This document shows positions 8,463 to 18,861 of a stretch of 29,652 nucleotides of DNA, piece by piece (position 1 is the stretch's first letter; each line of letters begins with the position of its first letter). The notes below the pieces were generated by a model, which was not told where the DNA came from, did no database searches, and worked only from the letters and a program-made list of their open reading frames with translations. The DNA comes from Blastocatellia bacterium (GTDB taxonomy: Bacteria; Acidobacteriota; Blastocatellia; UBA7656), in the NCBI GenBank assembly GCA_963765495.1, contig CAVXWP010000011.1:1-29652 (forward strand). The letters run 5' to 3'. Made by a program: the position numbers and the translations under genes.

Positions 8463-10895
8463 CTACTCATAGCGCAGTGCCACCATCGGGTCTACCCTGA
8501 TTGCCCGACGGGCCGGGATGAAACTGGCTACCAGAGCCACTCCTGCCAGAATCAGCGAAATCGCTATAAAGGTTACGGGGTCGGTTGCGCTGACGCCGTA
8601 CAGCAAATCCACCATCAGGCGAGTCAAAGCCAGTGCCGTTATCAATCCGATGCCGACCCCGCCTGCTGTAAGCAAGATGGCCTGTCCAACTACCAGTTTG
8701 AAGATGTCGCGGCTGGCAGCGCCCAAAGCCATTCGCACCCCGATCTCGTGCGTGCGTTGCGTGACTGAATAAGAGATCACACCGTATATGCCGACGGCTG
8801 CCAGCACAAGCGCGACCCCGGCAAAGATCATCAGCAACAGCATCGAGAATCGCCGCAACGAGATCGAATCCTTCATCAACTGCTCCATAGTCGAGATGTT
8901 AGAGACGGCCTGGTCAGGGTCAAGTGCGCGTATCTCGTTGCGGACCGCGCCGATAATGGTTTTCGGGTCGGCAGAGGCGCGCACGGCAAGCGTCATAACA
9001 GAGGTCGGAAACTGCGCTTCACCGAGGTAAATCTGCATGGGCGGTTTTTTATCCAGACCATATTGATTGACATCGCCCACGATGCCCGCAATCGTCCGCC
9101 ACGGCTGCGGGTTCTTCTCCGAGCCGGGGAATTTTATCCGCTTGCCAATCGGGTCCTGGTCGGGCCACAACTGATTGGCCATGGTTTCGTTGATAAGCAC
9201 GACCTGCGGGCCGTCCTGATTGTCCCGCCCGGTGAGTGCGCGGCCTCGCAAAACGGGGATCGACATCGTTTGCAGATAATCGGGCGTGACGATGTAGAGG
9301 TCTACGCTGATCTCTTCCCCGCGAGGTTTCGGAAAATCTTCGACCGCAAGCCCTCTGCCGTCGAAATTGCCGCTAAAGGGCAGAACGCTCGTCACACCAC
9401 ACGACTGGACGCCGGGCAGGGTCTTTATACGTTCAAGCATTCGGTCATAGAAAGCTACATAATCCTGCCTCTTTGGATACTTCGCGCTCGAAAGCATCAG
9501 GTTCATGGTCAAAAGGTTTTCAGAATTGAAACCCGGATTTACATCTCGCAACCTTAGAATGCTTTTGATGAGCAACCCCGCCGAGATTAGCAGCACGAGC
9601 GCCATCGCTACCTCGGATACGACCAGAATACTCCGCAGGCGATTTCGACTCGCTCCCGCACCCGAACTTCGACCGCCTTCCTTTAGCGATTCGTTCAAAT
9701 CAGGGCTTGAGACGTGAAAGGCCGGGGCAAGCCCGAATACGATGCCCGCAAGGATGGAGATCACAAACGTAAAAGCAAGCACTCGCGTATCTATACTCAC
9801 GCGCCCGAGCAGGGGAGAGACTTGCGCGCCGAGGACTTCGATCAGGCTGGTTCCCCACATAGCCAGGAGTATTCCTATCGCCCCGCCCATAAGACCGAGC
9901 AGAACGCTTTCGGTCAAAAACTGACGCACAAGGCGGAGGCGACCGGCTCCGAGCGCCGCCCTTATTGCGATCTCTTTCTGCCTCGCCGTAGAGCGCGCAA
10001 GCAACAGGTTTCCCACATTGGCGCAGGCAATCAGCAGTACAAAGCCGACCGCGCCCAGAAGCAGCAACAGAATCGGGCGCAGGCCTCCTACAGTATCTTC
10101 TGTCAGGGTAGTGAGCCGGACACCATATCCTGTGTTATGTTCGGGGTGTTGCTGCTCCAGACGACCGGCGATTATTGTCATCTCAGACTGTGCCTGCTTG
10201 AGTGTGACATCGGGTTTCAATCGGCCTATGGCCCTCAGATGCCGCCCGCTGCGCTGATCTTCGTCGTGCGCTTCGGCCACCGGACGGTAGTACTGAGCGT
10301 TGGCTTCGACGAGGTTTGCGGGCAGGGGGTGAAAGTCGGCGGACATGACTCCGACTATGGTGTAGGGGCGGCTGCCGAGCGAAACGGTCTTGCCTATTAT
10401 TTCGGGATCGCCTCCGAACCGGCTCTGCCACAAACCGTAGCCAAGCACGATCACGAAATCCTTACCATCTTCCTGATCTTCGGGCAAAAAGGTGCGGCCA
10501 AGTAAGGGTTCGCCTCTCATTATCCGAAAGAACCCGTCTCCGACCTGTATGGCGGGAATTCGTTCCGGCTCTCCGACGCCGGTCAATACCGGCTGCCAGT
10601 CTCCATAGGTGGTCAAATCTTCAAACACCGTATTCTGATGCCGCCAATCGTCCACATCCGTAGCAGAGACCTGATCCCGATGCTCATTTTCGGAAGGGCG
10701 GTCGCCCCACACAAGCACTATGCGGTCGGGGTTGTCGAAGGGCAGAGGTTTAAGGAGTATAGAGTTGACCACACTGAAGATCGCCGTATTTGCGCCTATG
10801 CCTAAAGCCAGCGAGATTATGGCTACAACAGTGAGGCCGGGCGTTTTCAGCAGCATCCTGATCCCGTAGCGCAGGTCTTGAAGGAGGATTCCCAT
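8463..10895 (-). CDS. ADOP-type duplicated ABC permease (2x MacB_PCD/FtsX)
   Basis: [40 protein letters not shown], ends DPMVALRYE; GGAG RBS. Confidence 0.95.
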   Translation of the reverse strand: MGILLQDLRYGIRMLLKTPGLTVVAIISLALGIGANTAIFSVVNSILLKPLPFDNPDRIVLVWGDRPSENEHRDQVSATDVDDWRHQNTVFEDLTTYGDWQPVLTGVGEPERIPAIQVGDGFFRIMRGEPLLGRTFLPEDQEDGKDFVIVLGYGLWQSRFGGDPEIIGKTVSLGSRPYTIVGVMSADFHPLPANLVEANAQYYRPVAEAHDEDQRSGRHLRAIGRLKPDVTLKQAQSEMTIIAGRLEQQHPEHNTGYGVRLTTLTEDTVGGLRPILLLLLGAVGFVLLIACANVGNLLLARSTARQKEIAIRAALGAGRLRLVRQFLTESVLLGLMGGAIGILLAMWGTSLIEVLGAQVSPLLGRVSIDTRVLAFTFVISILAGIVFGLAPAFHVSSPDLNESLKEGGRSSGAGASRNRLRSILVVSEVAMALVLLISAGLLIKSILRLRDVNPGFNSENLLTMNLMLSSAKYPKRQDYVAFYDRMLERIKTLPGVQSCGVTSVLPFSGNFDGRGLAVEDFPKPRGEEISVDLYIVTPDYLQTMSIPVLRGRALTGRDNQDGPQVVLINETMANQLWPDQDPIGKRIKFPGSEKNPQPWRTIAGIVGDVNQYGLDKKPPMQIYLGEAQFPTSVMTLAVRASADPKTIIGAVRNEIRALDPDQAVSNISTMEQLMKDSISLRRFSMLLLMIFAGVALVLAAVGIYGVISYSVTQRTHEIGVRMALGAASRDIFKLVVGQAILLTAGGVGIGLITALALTRLMVDLLYGVSATDPVTFIAISLILAGVALVASFIPARRAIRVDPMVALRYE

Positions 10896-10952
10896 TTAAT
10901 TATCTCCGGTTGCTTTTTGGCCTACGAATATCTGAGTCGGATTGTTTTACAG

Positions 10953-10967
10953 GAAAGAATCGTGCCA
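10953..10967 (-). promoter_or_regulatory. Putative sigma-54 promoter for the ADOP pair
   Basis: Minus strand TGGCAC-GATTC-TTTC: perfect -24 box, -12 box TTTC instead of TTGC, ~60 nt upstream of ATG. Confidence 0.55.
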
Positions 10968-11134
10968 CGCGCGCGCGCCGGGTCAGAGCAAGGCTTTATG
11001 AAAATTAGGGGCCAAAGCGCCTGTTGAGCGTAAGCACGTGTTCATTTTCGGGATTCGGCATTCCCACAGGCGACACAGTGACGAGCGGTTGTGAATCGCC
11101 CTGTGACCCGAGGCATCATAAATTCGACAACATC

Positions 11135-11236
11135 AATAGGCCACGGATGACACGGATGCGACGGATTTTCGCGGATTGGCTCATACATGGTCTGATCCGC
11201 GTAGATCCGCCTGATCCGCGTCCGTCCCGGCCTATT
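11135..11236. repeat. Inverted nonamer-repeat cassette (CACGGATNN)n ... (ATCCGCNNN)n
   Basis: Left arm 11135-11176 has four CGGAT cores at 9-10 nt period, mirrored in 11195-11236; closed by AATAGGCC/GGCCTATT. Confidence 0.85.
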
Positions 11237-11382
11237 CCTATTTTCATAACATTGATTTTGAAAGCTGAATGGCCCTTGACCTGATGAAAATCTCGCAAAT
11301 ACCGCCGGTCCGATTGGCCAAGCGGAGGTTCTGCTGAGATAATGCTCGAAACTAACATCCGAAGCTAAAGGAGAAGACCAAC

Positions 11383-13317
11383 ATGGTTCAAGCCCATAAA
11401 AATAGATGTCTCAGCGCCCTGATCGTATTGTTGGCGCTTTCTCTGATGGGTCTCGCGCAGGCCCCCGCTCAAGACTCCGACAACGTGAGAGCGCGTTACA
11501 CCAAGTACGAATACAGTATTCCCATGCGCGACGGGATCAAACTTTTCACGGTCGTTTATGTCCCCAAGGACGGGTCCGAGCGTTACCCTTTTCTCTTAAC
11601 GCGCACGCCTTACAGCGTGGCTCCCTACGGAATTGATAATTATCGCACTTCGCTTGGCCCCTCTCCTGAGTTTGAAAAGGAAGGCTTTATATTTGTCTAT
11701 CAGGATGCTCGCGGGCGTTATATGTCGGAAGGCGAGTTTCAGCAGGTGCGCCCCTATCGGCCAAACAAGCGGGGGCCAAAGGATATTGATGAGAGCACCG
11801 ACACATACGATACAATCGAATGGCTGCTCAAAAACATCCCGAACAACAACGGGCGAGTCGGAATGGTCGGCATATCGCAGCCGGGGTTTCACGTCGCGGC
11901 CAGCATCATAGATTCGCATCCGGCGCTCAAATGCGCCTCGCCTCAAGCGCCGACCGCCGATTACTACATGGGGGACGACGTATATCACAACGGCGCGTTC
12001 ATGCTTGCGGCGAATTTCGGGTTTTATTCGAGCTTTCGCCCGCGTAAAGACGGCCCGCATCCGCCCGAAAGACAGGTGGGGTTCGATCCGGGCACGCCTG
12101 ACGGGTACGACTTTTTTCTAAATCTCGGCCCGCTTGCCGAAGCGAATCAGAGACTCTTTGGCGGCGAAGCCCGCTACTGGCAAGAGATCATAGACCATCC
12201 CAACTATGACGAGTTCTGGCAGCAGCGTTCGCTTTGGAAGTTTATGAACAATGTGAAATGCGCCGTTCTCAACGTAGGCGGGTGGTACGATGCCGAAGAC
12301 CCGGCAGGCCCGTTTCACATCTATCGCTCGATAGAAAAGAACGACCCCGGCACGGTCAACATGCTTGTCATGGGACCGTGGCGACACGGCGGATGGGCGC
12401 GCGGCCCCGGAGATAAACTTGGCAATCTCAATTTTGCCGTCAAGACGGGGGAATATTTCAGAGAGCAGATTCAGTTCCCCTTCTTCATGCATTATCTGAA
12501 GGACAAGCCCGCCGACCTGCCCGAAGCCTATATGTATCTGACCGGCATCAATGAGTGGCGACGGCTGGCCGACTGGCCCCCGAAGGATACAAAGCCGCTC
12601 ACGCTCTACTTTCACGCAGGCGAAAGTTTAAAGACGGCGCCTCCTGCCGAAAGCGATCCAAACGCATTTGATGAATACATCAGCGACCCGAATCGCCCCG
12701 TGCCTTATCTGGGCTACGTCGTGCCTGATATGACATCCGACTATGCGACTGAAGATCAGCGATTCGCCTCCGAACGGCCCGATGTGCTGGTTTATGAAAG
12801 CGAGCCGCTTGAGCAGGACCTGATCGTAGCCGGTCCCGTCAAGGTCAATCTGAATGTGTCAACGACGGGGACGGATTCGGATTTTGTGGTAAAACTGGTT
12901 GATGTTTATCCGGGTAATTATCCCACGCCCCGACCGGCGGAAGGACAGCCTGTACCGTCGAACGCGGTGAGAATGGGCGGGTACGAACAGCTTGTGCGCG
13001 GCGAGCCGTTTCGCGGCAAATTCCGTAACAGCTTTGAAAAGCCGGAACCTTTTATACCGGGCAAGGCAGCTGCAATCGCCTTCGAGATGCCCGATGTCTA
13101 TCACGCCTTTCGCAAGGGGCACAGAATAATGGTTCAGGTGCAGAGTTCATGGTTTCCGCTGGTTGATCGAAATCCGCAGAAATTCATGAACATCCCAAAG
13201 GCCGGACAAGCAGATTTTCAGAAAGCTACCGAGCGAATCTTTCGCTCTGCTAAACTCCCGTCTTCTGTGACCCTGCTTGTCGAAGGTACACCCGTGGAGA
13301 TCACAGGAAGCAGATGA
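11383..13317 (+). CDS. CocE/NonD family serine hydrolase (alpha-amino-acid ester hydrolase-like), secreted
   Basis: Signal peptide; IPMRDG, RTPY, QDARGRYMSEG, nucleophile elbow GISQPG, GWYDAED, GPWRHGGW, C-terminal QSSWFPLVDRNPQ. Confidence 0.93.
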   Translation: MVQAHKNRCLSALIVLLALSLMGLAQAPAQDSDNVRARYTKYEYSIPMRDGIKLFTVVYVPKDGSERYPFLLTRTPYSVAPYGIDNYRTSLGPSPEFEKEGFIFVYQDARGRYMSEGEFQQVRPYRPNKRGPKDIDESTDTYDTIEWLLKNIPNNNGRVGMVGISQPGFHVAASIIDSHPALKCASPQAPTADYYMGDDVYHNGAFMLAANFGFYSSFRPRKDGPHPPERQVGFDPGTPDGYDFFLNLGPLAEANQRLFGGEARYWQEIIDHPNYDEFWQQRSLWKFMNNVKCAVLNVGGWYDAEDPAGPFHIYRSIEKNDPGTVNMLVMGPWRHGGWARGPGDKLGNLNFAVKTGEYFREQIQFPFFMHYLKDKPADLPEAYMYLTGINEWRRLADWPPKDTKPLTLYFHAGESLKTAPPAESDPNAFDEYISDPNRPVPYLGYVVPDMTSDYATEDQRFASERPDVLVYESEPLEQDLIVAGPVKVNLNVSTTGTDSDFVVKLVDVYPGNYPTPRPAEGQPVPSNAVRMGGYEQLVRGEPFRGKFRNSFEKPEPFIPGKAAAIAFEMPDVYHAFRKGHRIMVQVQSSWFPLVDRNPQKFMNIPKAGQADFQKATERIFRSAKLPSSVTLLVEGTPVEITGSR

Positions 13318-13366
13318 GCGATGGCTTTTTAAGGACTCAAAATCAAAACCCAAGGAGACTCGCAAG

Positions 13367-14167
13367 ATGCGAACAATTACTATCACTCGCGTTTTTTTAA
13401 CGTTGGGGATTTTCTTTGCAGTTGCCCACAATGCATTTGTAGCTTCGACAGGACCGGGCTCTCAGCAATCCCCGCAAGACTGGAAGATTCACGACATGGA
13501 TCGTCCGCAGCCCAAAGTAATCACCCCCGGCAAGCCGTGCGCCGAGCCTGCCATCCCGCCTTCGGATGCCGTGGTCCTGTTCGGCGGCAAGGATTTATCC
13601 GAATGGCGAAACGCCTCGGGCGAAGCGGCGAAATGGAAGGTTGAGAAGGGCTACTTTGAGGTAGTCAAAGGAACGGGGGCCATCTCGACGGCTAAAGGCT
13701 TTGGCGATTGCCAGCTTCACGTGGAGTGGAGCGCGCCTGTTCCGGCAGTGGGCGAAAGCCAGGAACGCGGAAACAGCGGCATCTTTTTGATGGGGCTGTA
13801 TGAAGTTCAGGTGCTCGATTCATATCAAAACAAGACCTATCCCGATGGGCAGGCTTCGGCCGTTTACGGACAATATCCGCCCCTTGTAAACGCAACGCGG
13901 CCACCGGGGCAGTGGCAAACTTACGATATAATTTTCCATCGCCCGCGATTTGATGCGGACGGAAAAGTCACTCACCCCGCTCGCGTTACAGTCTTGCATA
14001 ACGGCGTCCTTGTTCAAGACAACGTAGAGTTGACCGGGCCGACGGCGCACAAACAACGCCCGCCGTATCAAAAGCATGCCGACAAGCTGCCGCTGTCATT
14101 GCAAGATCACGGCAACCCGGTTCGCTATCGAAACATCTGGCTGCGCGAGTTGTCCGAAGGTCAGTAA
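13367..14167 (+). CDS. DUF1080 (3-keto-disaccharide hydrolase-like) protein, secreted
   Basis: AAGGAG RBS before ATG 13367; PPSDAVVLF, LHVEW, GNSG, YEVQVLDS, WQTYDI, LQDHGNPVRYRNIW. Confidence 0.92.
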   Translation: MRTITITRVFLTLGIFFAVAHNAFVASTGPGSQQSPQDWKIHDMDRPQPKVITPGKPCAEPAIPPSDAVVLFGGKDLSEWRNASGEAAKWKVEKGYFEVVKGTGAISTAKGFGDCQLHVEWSAPVPAVGESQERGNSGIFLMGLYEVQVLDSYQNKTYPDGQASAVYGQYPPLVNATRPPGQWQTYDIIFHRPRFDADGKVTHPARVTVLHNGVLVQDNVELTGPTAHKQRPPYQKHADKLPLSLQDHGNPVRYRNIWLRELSEGQ

Positions 14168-14189
14168 AAACGATAGAAAAAAAGGCCGC

Positions 14190-14242
14190 TATTCACACGC
14201 GTTCACCTGAGATTTGAAATCTCAGGTGAACGCGTGTGAATA
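14190..14242. repeat. Perfect palindrome, 26-bp arms around a single base
   Basis: TATTCACACGCGTTCACCTGAGATTT-G-AAATCTCAGGTGAACGCGTGTGAATA, followed by ACATTTTT; may act as terminator. Confidence 0.95.
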
Positions 14243-14288
14243 ACATTTTTCCGGCGTGGCGGGCCTGACGCAATCAAAAATAATCCAA

Positions 14289-15512
14289 ATGAAAAATAGA
14301 ACAGAGTACCTCATTCTCGCCTTATCCATTTTCGTGATGGCCTGTGGGGCGACAGACGCTCGCGCGCAATTCGTCTCGGTCAAAGGGAAACAATTCATAG
14401 AACCAGACGGCAGGCCGCTCCTGCTGAGAGGCATCAATCTGGGCAACTGGCTCTTGCCGGAGGGCTACATGTTCAAGTTCGAATCGGCAAACTCTCCGCG
14501 ATTGATCCACACGGTAATCAATCAACTGGTTGGCGAGGACGATGCGTACAAGTTCTGGCGGTTTCACCGCGACACATACATCACCAAAGATGACATTCAT
14601 TTCATAAAGAGCGCCGGGTTCAACTCCGTCCGCATACCCTTCAGTTATCGCCTGTTTGTGACCGAAGCCCGCCCGCGACAATTCGAAGGCGAGGGCTACG
14701 GGCTCTTAGATAAAGCTATCAAGTGGTGCAAGGAAGAGAATCTCTACGTCATTCTGGACATGCACGCGGCGCCCGGGGGGCAGACCGGCGACAACATCGA
14801 CGATAGCTTTGGCTACCCTTTTCTCTTTGAGAGCCCGGAAAGCCAGCATCTGACAATCGAGTTATGGAAGGAGCTTGCCCGCAGGTATAAAGATGAGCCG
14901 ATCATCATCGGCTATGATCTGTTGAATGAGCCGATACCTCATTTCTTTGACGCGGATTATTTCAATCCCAAACTCGAACCGCTTTACAGGCGCATCGTGG
15001 CAGGGATCAGACAGGTAGATCGCAACCACATTATCTTCTTAGGCGGCGCGCAGTGGGACAGCAATTTCAAGGTTTTCGGCCCTCCTTTTGATGATAAACT
15101 CGCCTATACCTTTCATAAATACTGGACCGAAGCGACCCAGGCCGTGATTCAGGAGTATGTAGATTTCAGCAACAAATATAACGTACCGCTGTGGATGGGC
15201 GAGTCGGGCGAAAACACAAATGAGTGGATCGAGACGTTCAGAAAACTGCTTGAAAAGAACGATATAGGCTGGTGTTTCTGGCCTTATAAGAAACTGGATT
15301 CGCCCTCGTGCATAGCCTCGATCAAACCGCCCGAGGGGTGGGACGCGATCATCTCATTTGCCAACCATCCGAGGATCACTTTTGAAGATATCAGAAAGCA
15401 ACGCCCTCCCAAAGACGTAATAAATCGCGCGATACTCGGGTATCTCGACAACATCAAATTCAAGAACTGCAAAATCAACGAGGACTATCTGAAGGCGCTT
15501 GGCCTGAAATAG
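14289..15512 (+). CDS. Glycoside hydrolase family 5 protein, exported
   Basis: GINLGNWL.PEGYM, GFNSVRIP, ILDMHAAPGGQ, acid/base LLNEP, FHKY, nucleophile MGESGE; hydrophobic N-terminus. Confidence 0.93.
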   Translation: MKNRTEYLILALSIFVMACGATDARAQFVSVKGKQFIEPDGRPLLLRGINLGNWLLPEGYMFKFESANSPRLIHTVINQLVGEDDAYKFWRFHRDTYITKDDIHFIKSAGFNSVRIPFSYRLFVTEARPRQFEGEGYGLLDKAIKWCKEENLYVILDMHAAPGGQTGDNIDDSFGYPFLFESPESQHLTIELWKELARRYKDEPIIIGYDLLNEPIPHFFDADYFNPKLEPLYRRIVAGIRQVDRNHIIFLGGAQWDSNFKVFGPPFDDKLAYTFHKYWTEATQAVIQEYVDFSNKYNVPLWMGESGENTNEWIETFRKLLEKNDIGWCFWPYKKLDSPSCIASIKPPEGWDAIISFANHPRITFEDIRKQRPPKDVINRAILGYLDNIKFKNCKINEDYLKALGLK

Positions 15513-15658
15513 GGGGCCAGGGGCCAGGGGCCGGGGGCCGGTGACCTGCGCCCTGGAGGGGTCGATAAAAAGAAATCTTCAAATCACCGATCACCGACCA
15601 CTGACCAACGATCTCTGCCCCCTGATCACCGGCCCCCGGCCCCCGGCCCCTGGCCCCC
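15512..15658. repeat. Inverted heptamer-repeat cassette (GGGGCCR)x4 ... (YGGCCCC)x4
   Basis: 33-nt arms 15512-15544 and 15626-15658 complementary at 32/33; internal (TCACCGA)-type heptamers. Confidence 0.93.
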
Positions 15659-15688
15659 GATAGCAAAACCGGCTTCGGTTTTGCTATC
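15659..15688. terminator. 13-bp hairpin, possible terminator, overlapping a possible extended -10 (TGcTATCAT, 15682-15690)
   Basis: GATAGCAAAACCG-GCTT-CGGTTTTGCTATC; no clear U-tract after the stem. Confidence 0.5.
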
Positions 15689-18600
15689 ATGATTTCACGC
15701 ATGGACTCAATGGACAAAGAACTGAAGACGAAGCTTAGAAAGCACCTGAAAGGAGTTGCCGGGTCTAGTTTGGAAAATCTATTTAATCGAATAGGCGTAT
15801 TGCCCTATGAAAGAATGTTGCTCATAACCGACATCAGCGTAACCCTCGCAGCGACGAATCTGCGAGCGGCGGTCGAGATGTTAAAGGCTGCCCCCGATGT
15901 CTCTCGCCTGATAGAGGCGGGCGATATGCGAGTGTGGGGCGAGATAGGCAAGCGCCTTTCGGCTACCAGCGTAGAGACGACTATAGACTTTTTCCAGGCA
16001 AGCGCCGGTATACTGCAAGACGTAGTCGAAGACATGCGCTCTCCCGTCCTCAGACTCGTAAACAAACAGGCGGCGCTTTCAGCCAACACGGCGGTCGAAT
16101 GCTTCAAGTCAGCGCCGCGAATAATAAACTCTATCAACGATCACGAAACCGTGGCCCAGATTCTGACCATCTGTCTTGAGCTTGCGCGCCATTCGGTCAA
16201 GCACAGCAATGATCTCTTCATGTCCGCGCCACAGGTGGTCTCGCGCCTTGAGGCAAACAGCCCCGAAAATCGCGGGCTGGTTGAGCGCGCGCTTTCCTTG
16301 ACTTCTGCCTTCGCATTTCGCTCGGGCGGCACGGCGGCTGAATTCTTTGTAGAGCTTCCAATAGTCGCATCCTCATCCGATATAGAGTCGCTTGAAAAGC
16401 TCTTCAACAACACCGAAGAGTATCTTGACCGCTCGGGCGGGGTGGCTCTGCAATACTTCAAGGCCGCGAGCCGCGTGCTGACAATCGCGGGACACGAGAG
16501 CTTTGAGCGATGGTCTGAAATGGCCCGGCGCGTGGCCCAGCAGGGCAATGCCGCGAGCTATCATTTCATGAAGGCAAGCCCTCAGATCATCTCCGATCTG
16601 GCCGCGCGCGCGGGCGCAAACCGCCGCGCCAGGGTCGTGGCAAGCGTGCTCGAGATCGTCGAAAAGATCGCCGAACGCAACACGATGGCCGCCGTCGAAT
16701 GCTTTAAGACGAGCCCTGTAGCGCTTGCCGCCGCATCGCTCGGGCAGTTCCGCGAATGGGCCGAGCGCGGCCTCGCCACAATAGCGGGCAACCCTCGCCG
16801 CGTGCAGGCATACTACGGGCTGGAATCAAAAGCCAGTCAGGACGCGCTCTTCAGGATAGAAGGCGGGCTCACGCTCGATACCGTAGCGCAGACGCTTCGC
16901 CTCTATGTCGAAGGGTTGACCGGGCGCGCGCTCAACATCGCGCCTCTGACATCCATACCGGATGAAGCGAAGATAGGCGATGGCAAGACGATCTATCTGC
17001 CATCGGTGGTAGCCGAGTTTGACGACGAAGCCGAAAATTTCCGGCTCTTCAAAGTAATCGCGGCCCACGCGGCGGGCCAGATAGAGTTTCAAACCTACGC
17101 AGAGGATACGCCTGAAACGATTGCCGCGCTGCGCGAGACCCGCGAATCATTCAGAAAGAAACGCAAGGGCAACGGACATAAGTCAGCCGCACAAAAAAGC
17201 CTCGTCTCAGACACAGCCGTTCCAGAAGGGGTGGGATTCCTGACCGTGCTTGCGGCCTTTCCAAACCCGGAACTGGCTACCCGATTGTTTTCGACTGTCG
17301 AAAACGGGCGCATAGATTTTCTCCTGCGCTCGATCTATCGAGGCATCCGCCGAGACCTTGATTTCGTGCAGGGGCGGCTGGTGGAGCGTCGCCCCGATCT
17401 CGAAAGAATTCCGGCCGACATCGTGGCCTTCGAGCTTCTGTTTCAGATTTCGATCTGCGGAGGCGCGACCGAACAGGCGCGAAGGACGTACCCGACCGTA
17501 GTTCGCGACCTCGAACGCATCTTTGCGGATTACATATTCCGGCAGGATGCGACCGTAGCCGATTCTCTGATCGCTACGAGGCTGATCTATGATTTCTTCG
17601 TCGAGCAGCCCAATCAATCCGATTCCGAAAGCGATCAGTCATCAAGCGAAGGAAACCAGGGCGAGGGCGAGCAGGGAGCGTCATCCGACTCAAGCGCCGA
17701 GCAGAGCGAACAGCGTCAGCAGATTCAAACACGCGAAGACCCGCTCAGTTACTGGGCATCGGGGCAGACGCAAGAGATATCGCCCGATCAGGATATGTTC
17801 AGCCGCGTGACCAACGCCGAGAGCCAGGAGCAGGATCTCGAAAAAGGCGACCGCGCCTTCTATTACGACGAATGGGACCGCGAGCTTGGAGATTACCGCA
17901 CTCGATGGTGCCGCGTGGTAGAGAGAGCGGGCGCGCGCGGGTCGCGCGGGTTTGTAGAGATGGTCCGCAGTCGCTTTGCGGGGATAATCTCTTCGATCAG
18001 GTATCAGTTTCAATTGCTGAGGCCGGAAAATCTGCGACGCATTCGCGGCGAGATAGACGGGGAAGATTACGATTTACAGGCCGTGATCGATTACGCGCTC
18101 GACAAACGCTCGACCGGGCTTATTGATGACCGCCTCTACACGAGAAAGCTCAGACGCGAGCGCGATGTGGCCGTTTCATTCCTGCTCGATATGTCGAGTT
18201 CGACGGCGCGGACTATCAGCCGGTATCCGAATCATCCTTACACGCAGCCGGGCCAGCGCATAATCGACATAGAGAAGGAAGGGCTTGTCCTGATGAGCGA
18301 GGCGCTCGAAGCCGTGGGAGATGCCTATTCGATGCAGGGCTTCACAAGCGAGGGCCGCCGCAATGTGAAGTTCTATGTGATAAAGGATTTTTCCGAAAGC
18401 TACTCGGCGGAAATAGAGCGGCGCATAGGCGGCATCACCTATCAAAACAACACGCGCCTGGGCGCGGCGATTCGCCACGCCGCGACACGGCTCGCCCGAC
18501 AGGATGCGCGCACGCGATTGTTGATAGTGCTTTCGGACGGTCGCCCCTATGACCACGATTATGGCGACAGCCGCTATGCTCGCGAAGACACGCGCATGGC

Positions 18601-18769
18601 GCTCAGACAGGCGCGGCTCGAAGGCATAACGCCGTTTTGCATCACGATTGACCGCGAGTCGGAAGACCAGCTCAGGGATATGTACGGCGAGGTGGGCTAT
18701 ACGATAATTGACGACGTATTGAGCCTGCCCGAACGATTGCCCGGCATCTATAGCCGGTTGACTACCTGA
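15689..18769 (+). CDS. Large NorD/CbbO-like VWA domain protein with N-terminal helical repeats (start may be 15701 or 15710)
   Basis: C-terminal VWA with [28 protein letters not shown]; preceding YDEWD motif and acidic linker typical of NorD/CbbO. Confidence 0.88.
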   Translation: MISRMDSMDKELKTKLRKHLKGVAGSSLENLFNRIGVLPYERMLLITDISVTLAATNLRAAVEMLKAAPDVSRLIEAGDMRVWGEIGKRLSATSVETTIDFFQASAGILQDVVEDMRSPVLRLVNKQAALSANTAVECFKSAPRIINSINDHETVAQILTICLELARHSVKHSNDLFMSAPQVVSRLEANSPENRGLVERALSLTSAFAFRSGGTAAEFFVELPIVASSSDIESLEKLFNNTEEYLDRSGGVALQYFKAASRVLTIAGHESFERWSEMARRVAQQGNAASYHFMKASPQIISDLAARAGANRRARVVASVLEIVEKIAERNTMAAVECFKTSPVALAAASLGQFREWAERGLATIAGNPRRVQAYYGLESKASQDALFRIEGGLTLDTVAQTLRLYVEGLTGRALNIAPLTSIPDEAKIGDGKTIYLPSVVAEFDDEAENFRLFKVIAAHAAGQIEFQTYAEDTPETIAALRETRESFRKKRKGNGHKSAAQKSLVSDTAVPEGVGFLTVLAAFPNPELATRLFSTVENGRIDFLLRSIYRGIRRDLDFVQGRLVERRPDLERIPADIVAFELLFQISICGGATEQARRTYPTVVRDLERIFADYIFRQDATVADSLIATRLIYDFFVEQPNQSDSESDQSSSEGNQGEGEQGASSDSSAEQSEQRQQIQTREDPLSYWASGQTQEISPDQDMFSRVTNAESQEQDLEKGDRAFYYDEWDRELGDYRTRWCRVVERAGARGSRGFVEMVRSRFAGIISSIRYQFQLLRPENLRRIRGEIDGEDYDLQAVIDYALDKRSTGLIDDRLYTRKLRRERDVAVSFLLDMSSSTARTISRYPNHPYTQPGQRIIDIEKEGLVLMSEALEAVGDAYSMQGFTSEGRRNVKFYVIKDFSESYSAEIERRIGGITYQNNTRLGAAIRHAATRLARQDARTRLLIVLSDGRPYDHDYGDSRYAREDTRMALRQARLEGITPFCITIDRESEDQLRDMYGEVGYTIIDDVLSLPERLPGIYSRLTT

Positions 18770-18788
18770 CAATGGACTCTATTTTTTT

Positions 18789-18861
18789 GACAGGATTAAC
18801 AGGATTCAAGAAGATCAAGAAAAATCTTGTTGAATCTTTCAGAAATCCTGTCAATCCTGTC
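18789..18861. repeat. Inverted nonamer-repeat cassette (RACAGGATT)x2 ... (AATCCTGTC)x2
   Basis: Arms 18789-18806 and 18844-18861 plus degenerate inner units; right arm overlaps the kinase stop codon. Confidence 0.85.

Noticed and set aside
7577-10505. Long plus-strand ORFs 7577..8359, 8205..8768 and 9714..10505
   Set aside because: Antisense shadows of the ADOP genes; KTQNSKL repeats are just the translated heptamer array.
10966-10978. Alternating (CG)n run beside the sigma-54 motif as Z-DNA element
   Set aside because: Only ~13 nt in GC-rich DNA; chance is sufficient.
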